Source: Mustelus asterias
Lineage: Eukaryota
DNA: 64,000 bases
Reading direction: 5' to 3'
Assembly: GCF_964213995.1 (NCBI RefSeq)
Contig: NW_027591085.1
Span: forward strand, 1 to 64,000
Numbering within the stretch: the first letter of the stretch is position 1; each line of letters starts with the position of its first letter. Of this stretch, positions 1 to 13,360 are shown in pieces. A program made the translations under genes and the position numbers. Below the pieces are notes generated by a model. The model saw nothing but the letters and a program-made list of their open reading frames with translations. It made no database searches and was not told the origin of the DNA.

Positions 1-1189
1 GAATCCCATTAATCATTGTCATTATGTCAGCATAAGATTCCAGGCTGGGAGAAGACTTGCTTCTGACAATTAAATGCCAACAACATATACATAGTCGTAT
101 GTTGAATTAACAGAGACAGTCTCTGATGTAATGTAAAGAGAAAAAATCTGTGTAATATAAAAAGAGATGGGATCAGATGTAATAGAAACAGATCCATGGT
201 CTACTCTCGTACTAATTGAGAGGACCTAATGCAGCATAAATAGAGGGATGGCCTCATAACGAGTGCAGTATAACGAGAGAAATGACCGCATGTAGCATAA
301 ATTCATACTACATTCGGTCATTTCTCTCGTTCTGCTACACTAGGCCATTACAAATTACAAATTCCAAATTTGGAAATTTCAAATTCCAAACTACAAATTC
401 ATTACAAATGAATTTATTCTATACATGTAACCTACGTGTCTGCGTGGGTTTCCTCCGGTTACTCCATTTTCCTCCCACTTTCGGAAATACGCGCTGTTTA
501 GGTGCATTGACCCGAACAGCCGCTGGACTGTGGCGACTAGAGAAATTTCACAGTAACGTAATTGCAGTGTTAATGTAAGCCTTACTTGTGAGTAATAAAT
601 AAACTTTGTATAGTGTAGTATTGGGCACAGATTTTCAGACTGTGGGCACACTGAGCTGAATGTCATCATGTCAAAACACAAATTATGACCAGTTAACAGT
701 CTAATCTCAGTGGAATCCGCATAAGTTTTGAGTCAAACGGTAATGTGTTCAATTCCCACAACAGACACCTGAGCTCGTGATCCAACCTGTGACCCAGTGC
801 TGAATGTTCAGTTATTCCATTATTAGATGTGATGATATTTCAGTCTAAGGGGTGGTATAGCAATATCATTATTATTAAGCTAGCATTCCAGAAGTTTGAA
901 GTAATGCTCTGGGGACAGGAGTTCCAATTGCACCCTGACAGCTGAGAATTTCAATTCACTTAATTGATTATGCTGAAACAAACATCATGTGTATTTAAAG
1001 TTTAAAGGTTTAAAGTGTATTTATTCGTCACAAGTAGGCTTACATTCACTATGTAATGAAGTTACTGTGAAAATCTTATGTCGCCAAAGCTCATCTTCTT
1101 CTCGAATGTCTTTCAGGAGAGGAAATTTTACTTCTTCGTTCTAAGATACATAAAATTACCAGAAGAAGCAACAAAGCTGAGGTTTAGGA

Positions 1190-3750
1190 CCGTTTTAGAA
1201 TTCAACAAAAGAAGACCAAATGATCGCGGGGGGAAATAGAGTATGAGAGTAAAAGAGCAGGGAACATAGAAACTAATTGTAAAAGCTTCTATGAATATCT
1301 GAAGAGACAAAGATTAGTAAAGACAAATGTAGTACCTTACAGTCAGAATCCAGGGAAATAATAATGGGGAACAAAGAAATGATGGATGAATAGAACACAA
1401 AGTTTGACACCACCTTTACAAAAGAGGACACACATATCCTCCCAGAAATGTTAGGGAACCAAGGGGCGAGTTGGAAGGCGGCATTGTTGAAAACCAGTAT
1501 TAGTACGAAAATCGTTCTGGGGAAATTAATCGGGTTAAATGCTGATCAATCACTAGGGCCTGATAATCTACATCCCAGAGTATGAAAGGAAATGGCCCTG
1601 AAAATATTGGATACATTGGTGATCATCTTCTAATCTTCTATAAACTCTGGAACAGTTCCTACAGATTGGAGAGTGACAAATGTAACCTCAATGCATACAA
1701 AGGAAGGGAGAGTAAAAATGATGAATTACAGCCTGACTTTAGTATCATCGAAGATGTTAGAAACTTACAAAAGAAATGATAGTAAAACATGTGGAAAGCA
1801 TTAACGGAATTTGATGAACCCAGCACGGGCTTAATAAAGACGTCATTCTTAACAAACCTACTTGCGTTCTTTGAGGATGCAAATAATGGGATAGGCAAGG
1901 TGGGACCAGTGTATGTGGTGTATTTGCACTTCAAGAAGACATTTGAGATGGTTCTTCATAAAATATCAGGAGGCCAAATTAAAGCGCGTGAAATGGGGTT
2001 AATGTATTAGCATAGGTATGGAATTCGTTGACAGATAAGAAACAAGAGAGTGGAAATAAATGGGTCATTTTCCGCGTGGCAGTCAGCGACTAGTGGGATA
2101 CCCCAGATCCCAACTTTTTAAATTTATTCATTAGTCACAAGTAGGCTTACGTTCACACTGCAATGATGTTACTGTGAAAATCCCCGAGTCGCCATATTCC
2201 AGCGCCTGTTCGGGTACACTGAGGGAGAATTTAGCATGGCGTAGCTAATGCACCTCGCCAGAACATCTTTCAGACTGTGGGAGGAAACCGGAGCACCCAG
2301 AAGAAATCCATATAGACACGGGGAGAATGTGCAGGCTCCGTACAGACAGTGACCCAAGCTTGAATCGAACCCAGGTCCCTCGCACTGTACAACTGTGGGA
2401 TCTGGATGAGGGAATCAAATGTAACATTTTCAAAAGGGTTGGCGATATATAACTGGGTGTAATTGTGAGCTGTGTGGAGGATCTGGACAAGTTGAGTGAA
2501 TGGGTGAACACGTGGCAGATGCAGTACAGGGTGACTAAATGTGCAGTTATATACTGGTGTGTAAAGCAGAACGCAACACATATTTGGAAGTGTGACGTAG
2601 AAATGGATCTGCGTGTCCTTGTACACCAGTCAATAAAATTGGAGAGGCATGCACAGCAAGCAATTAGGAAGGCCTTCTCTGCATGAAGATTTGAGTTCAG
2701 AATTACGGAAGCCTTACCGCAGTTATGCCGGGCCTTCCTAGGACCATGCCCCGTGTAGTGCGTGTAGTTCTGATCTCGGAAAATAAGAAAGGGTCTGTGG
2801 GCACTACAACTGATACCGGAATTGGTGGGACTGTCCTAGGAGGTTAGGTTGATTCGACTGGGCCTGTATTCACTTGACTCACCTGATGAAGGAGCGGTGT
2901 TCTGAAAGCTCGTGATTCCAAATAAACCTGTTGGACTTTAACCTGGTGTTGTGAGACGACTTACTGTGTTCACCCCATTCCAACGCTGGTATTTCCACCT
3001 CATGTATTCACTTGAATTTAGAAGGATGAGAGGGCATCTGATCGAAACATATAAAATTGTGACTGAAACGTATAAAACATATAAAACGAGGGTGGCACAG
3101 TGGCACAGTGCGGGCCTCATAGCGCCAGGGACTCGGATATGATTCAAAGCTTGGGCCACTGTCTGTGCAGAGTCCGCATTCTCCCCGTGTCTGCATGGGT
3201 TTCCTTCGGGTGCTGCAGTTTCCTCCAACAGTCTGAAAGACGTGTTGGTTAGGTGCATTGACCATGCTAAATTTTCGCTCAGCGCACCTGAATAGGCGCT
3301 GGAGTGTGACAGTAGGGCATTTTCACAGTAACTTCATTGCAGTGTTAATGTATGCCTACCTGTGACACAAATAATAAATATACATTATGAATAAATAAAG
3401 TATAACAGGACTGGACAGGCTAGATGAAGGAAATATGTTTTCGCTGGTTAGGGAGTCTCAAACCAGGGATGCAGTTTCAAGACACAGGGGAGCCAATTTA
3501 GGATAGAAATGCGGAAAGCTCTCTTCACTTCAGAGGCTAGTGAACCTGCGGAGTGATCTGGCACAGATGACTGTGGATGCCATGTCGCTGCATATATTCA
3601 AGAAATAAATAGATTTGTGATTAAATTTTAATGCTATCAAGAGGTGTGGACAGAATGCAACAATGTGGCCTGGAGATAGAAAACTATCCATGATCATGAT
3701 GAATGACGGATCAGGTTCGAATGGCCGACTTCGACTCCTAGTTTCTATGT
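1190..3750 (+). mobile_element. Old degraded CR1 LINE with nested SINEs and a PLE
   Basis: Fragmentary RT motifs (LTNLLAFFE, EWVNTWQMQY, LEFRRMRG). Confidence 0.8.
2878..3002 (+). mobile_element. Penelope-like pLTR fragment (family 1) with minimal hammerhead motif; 13-bp TSD
   Basis: TCAC-CTGATGA-AGGAGCGGTGTTCT-GAAA-GCTC-GTGA; TSD TGTATTCACTTGA at 2865-2877 and 3003-3015, inside a CR1. Confidence 0.8.
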
Positions 3751-3759
3751 ACCTAATGT

Positions 3760-4068
3760 TTAGCTAATGTTCTGAGGACCTGGGTTCAAATCCCACCACG
3801 GCAGATCGTGGAATTTGAATTCAATAAAAAATATCTGGAACTAAGAATCTATTGATGACTGAGACCATTGTTAATTTTTGTAAAAACCCATCTGATTCGC
3901 TAATGTCCCTTTCGGGAAAGAAATCTACCGTCCTTAACTTGTCTGACCTACATGTGACTCCAGAGGCACAGCAATGTGGTTGACTCTCAACTGCCCTCCA
4001 AGGGCACCTAAGGATGGGCAAAGAATGCTCATCAGCCAGTGACGCCCAAGTCCCACGAATGAATAAAA
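3760..4068 (+). mobile_element. Second tRNA-derived SINE family; related copies at ~16500-16850(+), 18460-18790(-), 43855-44165(-)
   Basis: GGGTTCAAATCCCACCACGGCAG...GGAATTTGAATTC...CTACATGTGACTCCAGA shared among copies. Confidence 0.7.
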
Positions 4069-4682
4069 AATAGTGTGTTTACCCTGTCTGTCCTACATGT
4101 GACTCCAGTTCCACAGTGATGAAGCTGACACTTAAATGCCTCTGAGATTTCCGAAATAGCCATTCAGGTGTTTCAAAGCTGCTGCAGAAAGTCAAACACA
4201 AATAAAACCGACCAGAGGGCAATTATTTTCAAAAAGGTGGCTCAGATCAGCCTTCTCAGGATGGGCAATTAATGCTGACTTTGTCAGTAATGCCCATATC
4301 CAGAGAATTAATAAAACAGTGCAAACAGTGTAGTTCCAGAAATCTGACAGAAAAACAACAAAAACGGTTGAGCAGTGGGCATCAGCAGAGAGTGAAACGG
4401 ATTCTCATTTCAGGCCGATGGTAGAATGCAAAATCTCGATGGTATAATTATGTTGAACTGGGCTGTTCTCCCCAGTATCCTGGGCCATTCGTTCTTCAAC
4501 TAAAATCACAAAATTGCTGTTCCTTTATCACATCTCGGTTTGTGGGAGGCTGCTGTGCCCCAAATACTTGCTGTATTCCCAATATTACAGTATTACAGTA
4601 GTGAATAAATTCAGCGAAAATACATCAGAGAGTTTTAAATGCTTTGGGGCGACCTGAGGTCGGGGAAACCGTTATAAATACG

Positions 4683-5040
4683 CGGGCGGCACGGTGGCAT
4701 AGTGAGGTGGCACTGTGGTTAGCACTGCTGCCTTACATCTCTAGAGCCGTGGTTCGATTCCCGGCTTGGGTCACTGGTCTGTGTGGAGCTCGCACATTCT
4801 CCACATGTCTGCGAGGGTTTCCTCTGGGTGCTCCGGTTTCCTCCCACAGTGCAAAGATGTACGGGTTAGGTTGATAGGCCATGCTAAATTGCCCCTTAGT
4901 GCCCCAGGATATGCAGGTTAGCGAGATTAACAGGGTAAATGTGTTGGGTTACGGGGATAGGGCCTGCGTGGGATTTTTGTCGGTGCAGACTCGACGGGCT
5001 GAATGGCCTCCTTCTGCACTGTAGGGTTTCTATGTTTCCA
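4683..5040 (+). mobile_element. HE1-like tRNA-derived shark SINE; related copies at ~435-606(+), 2115-2400(-), 3088-3380(+), 7475-7780(-), 18150-18465(+), 20765-21240(-), 27402-27698(+), 37790-38100(-)
   Basis: GGCGGCACGGTGG...TGGTTAGCACTGCTGCCT A-box / GGTTCGATTCC B-box head; shared GGTTTCCTCCGGGTGCTCCGGTTTCCTCCCACAGT core. Confidence 0.85.
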
Positions 5041-6876
5041 TGAACTAAATACAAGTTCTTTCCAAATGTTAACATTAGAAAACGCAAGATTTGATATGTT
5101 GAAAGCTCTGAGATTAACGTGATTGTATTCATTTCGTTGCCTGATGTCTTAACTTGTCCAGTTTAAGTAGATCAAATCATCAATAAAATTGACATTCAGT
5201 GGAATTGGAACCTGTTCAAATATGTTTCATTTATTGTGACATCAGAATACTCTGAACAAATTTTTGATCAGAATGTATCTCTTTATTTGAATTAAATAGC
5301 ATCTGTTCTAATGGGTATTCAGAAAGTTTCTATTCATTTTGAACCAATTGTCAATATACTTAAATTAAACAGTTATTTTGAGTTGAAACGAATCAATAAG
5401 TGACTGTTTATCTGGTTTTTCTGCCGTGATACTTCATTCTAACCAGTGAGGTGTTTGTGTAAGTAAACAGAGAAATAGCAATCCCAGAATACATTTATTG
5501 ATTGAGAAAAACACAACAAAAATTTCCCCATCAACACAGCACAGAAATAGACAAACATGCATATAAATCAACGGATTCCAGTCGTGAATGTTTTTTGGAC
5601 ATTTTTCTTCATCGGTTATATGTGCAAAAAAGGCTATGATCATCTCTGTGTTCAAAAGTAGGAAAGATTCCCTCTAATCTCGAAATATAATGCCACGGCA
5701 AATATATTTGTGGAGATTTCCTGTGCTTTATCTCTCTGTGTTTTTCTCCTATCTGATTCTGTGTCTGGTTTTGTCTCTCCACGACAGGTCATTGTCAACA
5801 ACATCAAGTCAAACTCCAGCTAATGTATTCTCTCAGCCATATTAATAGGCTTCTAACTAAATGGATCTAATTCAATTAATTGGACAATATCGAGAGAGCT
5901 TTTCTCCAAAATGTATATTGGTCATTCCGTGGATCTAACTCGTCCTGTCCCGGCCACCCAATTGTTTCAATGGACAGTGTAGAGAGAGTTTTACTGTTTC
6001 TAAACAGCCTACATTTTCTGGGAATGTATGATTAGCACAGTGGAGATGGAGATTCACTTCGTATCTGTCCCGTGCTACACCTGCCTTGGGAGTGTTTAAT
6101 GTTGCAATGTGGACGGAGCTTAACATTCGGTACCTAAACACATGCTACACCTGTCCTTGGAATGTTTGATGGGACACTAGGCCCTGTCTCTATAATACAC
6201 TCGTCTGTGATTCTGGTCTGCTGATGTTAAATTAACTAATCTCTGCGTCAGTTTATATTAAAGAACGTTCTGTCTCTGTTCATATTACACTAGATGTGCT
6301 CTCTGTTTGTACTAAACTAGATGCTGTCTCAGTTTATATTACACGTCACCATATCTCGGTTTACATTAAGCTCGACAGTGACTCTGCTTCTATTAATGTC
6401 GACCCGTCTCTGTACTAAATTGGATGCGGTCTTAGTTCTGCACTTGACTATGTCCACGTTCATTTTATTTTGGGCACGGACTCAGTTATTTCTGCGCTAG
6501 ACAAGGTGCAATAATGTGAAAAGTGGCTGGGGGAACACATTTCTCTGCATATTCCGACAGACACAACTCTCTGGGATGGAGACTGGTCTTGGGCACTGGA
6601 AGAAGTGATATCTGAAATCCAATTCTGCTGACTGCATTGCAAATAGATATCAAACCCTGCGCTGGATGCACTGTCGATCCAATCGTTTCTGTTTCAGGAT
6701 CCTGCTGAATACAGATGTTTTTAGCACAGCATATTTATGTATATAGAACCGTAGAGTAATGCGACCTTAATTCGAACAGAGGCATAATCTAGTGCATTAA
6801 TAACAGTGACCTGGTCGCATTAAATATAGGCAGAGTCAGGATCAAATAAACACATACATGGACTGATGCAGCATTA

Positions 6877-7330
6877 AGACCATACCATAAGACATAGTAG
6901 CAGAATTAGGCCACTCGGCCCATCGAGACTGCTCCGCCATTCAATCATGGCTGATATTTTTCTCATCCTCATTCTCCTGCCTTTTGCCCAAAACCCCTGA
7001 TCCCTTTATTAATCAAGAACCTATCTACCTCTATCTTAAAGACACTCAATGACCTGGCCTCCACAGCCTTCTGTGGCAAAGAATTCCACAGATTCACCAC
7101 TCTCTGGCTGAAGGAATTCCTCCTCTTATATGTTTTAAAGGATCACCCCTTTAGCGCGAGGTTGTGCCCTCTGGCTCTGATTTTCCTACGAGAGGAAACA
7201 TCCTCTCCATGTCCACTCTATCCAACCCTCGCAGTATCCTGCAAGTTTCAATAAGATCCCCCCTTATCCTTCTCAACTCCAACGAGTACAGACCCAGAGT
7301 CCTCAACGGTTCCTCATACGGCAAGCTCTA
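6877..7330 (-). mobile_element. CR1 3' end fragment
   Basis: CATAAGA-type tail and reverse-strand CR1 terminal sequence. Confidence 0.8.
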
Positions 7331-7984
7331 ACTAAAACAAGATCGAGTTAATTTGATGTAATGAACTTTTCAAGCAAATACTGTGACCGAAACATTTGTA
7401 GTGCAAGAATGTTGTTTCAGTTTAGTATACGCAGATAAATGTTGTGATGCAGTAGGAATTGAGACACAGCCAGATTAAAGTTTTAAAGCTTACTTATTAG
7501 TGTGACAAGTAGGCTTACATCAACACTGCAATTAAGTTACTGTGAAAATCCCCCAGTCGCCTGTTTGGGTAGAATTCAGGGGAGAATTTAGCATGGTCAA
7601 AATGCACCTAAACAGCACGTCCTTCAGACTGTGGGAGGAAACCGGAGGACCCGGATGAAACCCACCCAGACACAGGGAGAACATGCAGACGACACACAGA
7701 CAGTCACCATAGCTGGAAATTGAAGCCGGGTCCCTGGTGCTATCAGGCAGCAGTGATAAATATTGTGCCACCGTGCCGCCCATATTAACTGAAACATAGT
7801 TCAGCACAGTCATAACTCAGAAAGTATCGTCTAAGTAGGGCCTTGGCTTCATGTAGGAACAACTGATAATGAGCCGAGTAGAGAAATAATGGAGATAAGA
7901 CATGTTGTAATGTGATCGAGACATGGTCTATTTCAATACAAACAGAAATGGGGGTTAATTGAATATAAGCAGAGATATGACATG

Positions 7985-9890
7985 AGATTGGAGGATAGCC
8001 AATGTGGTCCCGTTATTTAAGAAGGGTAGGAAGGATAACCCGGGTAATTATAGGCCGGTGAGCTTGACGTCCGTGGTGGGGAAGTTGTTGGAGAAGATTC
8101 TTAAAGATAGGATGTATGCGCATATAGAAAGGAATAAACTCATTAACGATAGTCAACATGGTTTTGTGAGAGGGAGGTCATGCCTCACGAACCTGGTGGT
8201 GTTTTTTGAAGAAGTGACCAAAATGGTTGACGAAGGAAGGGCCGTGGATGTTGTCTATATGGACTTTAGTAAAGCATTTGACAAAGTCCCTCATGGTAGG
8301 CTAGTGAAAAAGGTTGGATCCCATGGGATAAAGGGGGAGGTGGCTAGATGGGTGGAGAACTGGCTTGGTCATAGAAGACAGAGGGTGGTAGTGGAAGGGT
8401 CTTTTTCCGGCTGGAGGCCTGTGACTAGTGGTGTACCGCAGGGCTCTGTATTGGGACCTCTGCTGTTTGTGATTTATATAAATGATCTGGAAGAAGGAGT
8501 AACTGGGGTGATCAGTAAGTTTGCGGACGACACAAAACTGGCAGGACTTGCAGATAGTGAGGAACATTGTCAGAGGCTACAGAAGGATATAGATAGGCTG
8601 GAAATTTGGGCAAGGAAATGGCAGATGGAGTTCAATCCTGATAAATGCGAAGTGATGCATTTTGGTGGGAATAATGTAGGGAGGAGCTACACAATAAATG
8701 GAAGAACCATAAAGGGTGTAGAGACGCAGAGGGACCTGGGTGTGCAAGTCCACAGATCTTTGAAGGTGACGTCACAGGTGGAGAAGGTGGTGAAGAAGGC
8801 ATATGGCATGCTTGCCTTTATAGGACGGGGCATAGAGTATAAAAGTTGGGGTCTGATGTTGCAGATGTATAGAACGTTGGTTCGGCCGCATTTGGAATAC
8901 TGCGTCCAGTTCTGGTCGCCACACTACCAGAAGGACGTGGAGGCTTTGGAGAGAGTACAGAGGAGGTTTACCAGGATGTTGCCTGGTATGGAGGGGCTTG
9001 GTTATGAGGAGAGATTGGGGAAATTGGGGTTGTTCTCCTTGGAAAGACGGAGGATGAGGGGAGACTTAATAGAGGTGTATAAAATTATGAAAGGCATAGA
9101 TAGGGTGAACGGTGGGAAGCTTTTCCCCGGGTCGGTGGTGACGTTCACGAGGGGTCATAGGTTCAAGGTGAAGGGGGGGAGGTTAAACACAGATATCAGA
9201 AGGACATATTTCACACAGAGGGTCGTGGGGGCCTGGAATGTGTTGCCGGGCAAGGTGGTGGAGGCGGACACACTGGGAACGTTTAAGACTTATCTAGACA
9301 GCTATATGAACGGAGTGGGAATGGGGGGATACAAAAGAGTGGTCTAGTTTGGACCAGGGAGCGGCGCGGGCTAATTGTTCCTGGTTTCTCGTTTCAAGGC
9401 TTCATTCTACGATCATCTTGCTGGTGCCAGTACAGAGTGAGACTGCGGATAGTTGGGAACCTGTCTCGGGGGCAGGGAATTCATATGGTGTTCGTGGAAG
9501 TGGAAATGACTAGGGTTGGGAAGCATTTTCCGATCGGGGCCATTGTGATCTCCTGGACTCGTTTCGATCGCCTCAGGGGGTCGGAGAGGAATTTCCCAGA
9601 TTTTTTTTCCCCATATTGGCCCTGGGGTTTTTCACTCTGGGTTTTCGCCTCTCCCTGGAGATCACATGGTCTGGAATGGGGGGGTGGGAGTAAGTTAATA
9701 GGTTGTAATGAACAAAGCATCGTAGCTGTGAGGGACAGCTCGGTGGATAGGATATTGGTATGTAGATAGGCTGGAAAATTGGGCGGGGATCCTGGATTCA
9801 GGATTCAATCCTGGACCGGGGAGCGGCGCGGGCTTGGAGGGCCGAAGGGCCTGTTCCTGTGCTGTATTGTTCTTTGTTCTTTGTTCTTTG
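7985..9890 (+). mobile_element. Young 5'-truncated CR1 LINE; 447-aa open RT C-terminal region (8004-9347)
   Basis: DFSKAFDKV, GVPQGSVLGP, KFADDT, RPHLEYC motifs; (TTGTTCT)n tail; absent from the paralogous site near 25805. Confidence 0.95.
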
Positions 9891-9999
9891 TTTAAAGTTA
9901 TTTTATGAGATTTTTGTGTCACTGGTAAAGTAGCATTTGTTGCCACTTCGTTTTTCCCTTTGAGAATGTAGTGGTGAGCCCTCTTCTCGAGCCATTGAA

Positions 10000-11720
10000 T
10001 TCCACAGAGTAAATACACGCACAGTGCTGACAGGAAGGGAATTACAAGGTTTTCATCCATTGACACTGAAATATACAGTCAAGATGGCGTGTGGGCTTTA
10101 TGGGCACTTGCAGGTAATTGTGTTCTCGTGCATCTGCTGCCCTTGTCGTTTTAAGTATCAGAATGAATGTGTTTGGAAGGTGCTATCGAAGGATTATGTT
10201 GCTGCTATGTAAGTTGTGTATAGCTCACACTACTGGAGTTGTACATCTGTGACGTAGAGAGTGAATGCTTCAAGTGGTGTGTGGGGCGTTCATCGAGCAA
10301 CCTGCTTTTTGCTGGGTGGTTTCGAGATATTTGGGTGTTGCTTCAGGGTCACACGTCCGACAAGTGGAGAACATTCAATCAGACTCCTGACCTTTGCCCT
10401 GTACATGATAGAGAGGGTTTGAGAAGTCAGGGGGTGAGTGACTCAACACAAAATTCCCAGCCTCTGACATGTTCTTGTCGCAATATTATTTACATGGCTG
10501 TCCCAATTCAGTTTTTTAATCAACGGTAATTCACAGAATGATGATAGTGGGGGTTTCAGCGGTCGTCATGCCATTTAGTGTCAAAGGGAGATGTTTGGAA
10601 TCTCTCTTACTTGAAGAAGGTCATTGCCTGCCACTTGTGTGGCGTGAATGTTATTCTCTAATCCTCAGAAAAGCCTGAATGTGTTCTAAGTCTTGCTGCA
10701 TATGGACACGGACTGCTTCAGCATCTGAGGAGTCGCAAATGTGCTGAACACTGTGCAATCATTAGTGAACATCCCACTTCTGACCTTCCAATGAAGGGTG
10801 AAGATTAGGCCGAGGGCACTATCCTGAGGACTTCCTGCAGCAATGCCCTGTGACTCAGATGATTGGCTTTCAACAACCACAACCATCTTACTCTATGTTC
10901 GGTTTGACTGAAGCCAGTGGAATGTTTACCCCCGGATCCCCATTGACTGCAGCTTCGCTCGGGCTTATTGATGCCACAATCGGTCAAGTGCTGCGTTATT
11001 GTCGAGGGCAGGCACTCTCACCTTACCTTATTAAATCAGCTATTTCTACTATATTTGGACTAAGTTTAAATGATTTCTGGAACCGCGTGCCCCTAGTGGG
11101 ACCCAGAGAGAGCATCATTGAGCAGATTATTATTATTATTGCTGATCGGATGATCCTTGATACTTTCTATTACGTTGATCGAGTGAGGACGCATTGGGCG
11201 ATAATTGGCCGGATTGGATTTTCCCTGCTTTTCGTGACAGGACATGTCTGCCAATTTTCCATACTGTTGGGTCTGTGACCGTGATGTATATACTTGAATA
11301 GATTGGCTGGGGCGCAGCTAGCTCCAGAGCACAAATCGTCATTATTATTGCTGAAATATTGTCAGGACCAATAACCTTTGCAGTGTCCAAAGCCTTCAGC
11401 ACAGTGTTAGGCCACAGATCAATCATGAACATATTGCATGGCGGAGCGGGCTCCAGGGCTTGAATGGCCTATTCCTCTTCCAATGTTACACTGTGAAATG
11501 AATTGAACTGCTTGGAAACTGGCATCTGTGATGCTGGGGACCTCAGGAGGAGGCTGAGATGGAACATCTTCTCGGCACTTCCGGCTGGAGATGGTAGCAA
11601 TTGTTTCAGTTTTGTTTCTTTACCCTTTGCTGAGGTCCCACATCATTAAGAATGTGGGTTTTATTTGAGGCTCCTGCTGCGGTTAATTGTTTTAATGTCC
11701 ATGACCATTCAGGACTGCAT
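10000..11720 (-). mobile_element. Old non-LTR retrotransposon remnant (L2/CR1-related); related pieces at ~14050-14620, 26070-26790, 35290-35750, 53080-53320
   Basis: Fragments KVIGPDNISAI and WANEWQVT..PHKWQAMTLSNK (ORFs 11136..11432, 26001..26393). Confidence 0.7.
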
Positions 11721-12164
11721 GCGGCAGAACTGCAAAGTTTGATCCTTCCTGGAAATATTCGGATCAGAGTGATTGTGTGATGTATACATTGACATGTGCT
11801 GGTGCAATATTAGTTTAAACAGGGTGCCATATAATATAATGTAGTATAATCAGAGACTGTGCCCATTCTAAATAGATACATATGGAGGTCAATTCAAAAT
11901 GAACAGATACAGGGTCCAGTGTAGTATTTATTGCGGCATTCATTGCGTCATGTAATGTAACCCATCAAGATTTCATTTCCATCTGCTGGCAAAACTCTGT
12001 AATTACAGTTACTGTGAAAATATCGCTGTTAGGTATGATCTATGGTATGAATGTACCACGAATTCACATCCATTAATGTAATACCACATCCCCTTCTGCG
12101 GAAGGTGCCAAATTGTAAGGTGCAACGAATTGTACACGTACGTTGCTGAATCATGCAGCTTAAG

Positions 12165-12975
12165 TGGTGTCCCGCAGGAATCTGTCTTGGGGCCTCAATT
12201 ATTGACAGTATTCATTAATGGCTTAGATAATGGCATGGAAAGTCAAATGTCCAAATGATAGATCAAGGTATTTTTAGAAGGCACAAAATTAAATTTAGTG
12301 GATGCCCAACGAGATTTGGGGCTTCAGGCGCATAGTTTCTCAAAATGCCACGAACTGATGCAGAAAATAGACATTAAGGCCAACGGAATGCTGGCCTTCA
12401 TACCCAAAGGACTGGAGTATAGGGATGCAGATGTTGTACTGCAATTGTGGAAATCTTTGTTAGACCACAAAAAGAGTACTGTGAGCAGGCATGGGCAACA
12501 AATCTTTGGAAAGATGTTGGCTCTGGAGGGAGTTCAACGCAAGATGCGAGGAGAGATCAGACAAATTAAGACTTTTTCTCTCGAATTCAGAAGGTTGAGG
12601 GCTGCTCTGATAGAAATCTATGAAATATTTACAGGGAAGGTAGATAAAGATAAAATGTTTCCACACGTTGAAAGTTCGAGAATAAAGGGCCATAGTTTAA
12701 AAAAATAGGGACAGGCCGTTCAGAGGAGTTAATAGAAAGAATTTGTACACGCAGAGAGAGATGGATGTTTGGAACTCTCTTCCGCAGACGCCGGTGGGTG
12801 CTGGTTCAATTGTTAGATTGAAGTCTGAGATCGATTTTCTTTTATTGAACAGGGGTATCAACATGGGCCGAGGGAAGGTACATGTATTCGGCCACAGATC
12901 AGCCATGAACTTATTGAATGGCGAGGCGAGTTCGAGGAGCTGAATGGCCTATTCCTGCGGCTATGTTCCGATGTT
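12165..12975 (+). mobile_element. Degraded CR1 fragment
   Basis: ORF 12298..12708 (KANGMLAFI, LEFRRLR). Confidence 0.8.
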
Positions 12976-13214
12976 GCCAGGTCAGAATCAGATCAAAATA
13001 GCTCAATCCATGGTAATGTATTTTTGTTCATTTTGGTTAAAAGGAGGGATGTTGACCAGGGCGCTGTTGGAGACCATGGGACCTTTAACGTCCAGCTCAT
13101 CAAACATGGCGTTGGGGAAAGTTTATTTCTTCATCGTTCCATCTGAAAGATAGTTGGGGTCATTATCTCTGAAGATTCCTCGGAAGCCAAGATGGAGTTT
13201 TAAGTTGAAGGAAA

Positions 13215-13229
13215 GTGTGTGTGTGTTTG

Positions 13230-13264
<35 letters not shown>

Positions 13265-13360
13265 TTCTATTTCTGTACGTGTACGTGCGTATGAAAGGGA
13301 GACAATTTGTGGGACAGAATGAGAACAAGAGAGAATGTGTGTGTGTGTGTCTGTGTGCGT
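13215..13360 (+). repeat. (GT)n microsatellite
   Basis: Direct inspection. Confidence 0.9.

Noticed and set aside
8004-9347. 447-aa RT ORF as a host gene or autonomous element
   Set aside because: 5'-truncated CR1 ORF2 lacking the endonuclease domain, ORF1 and promoter
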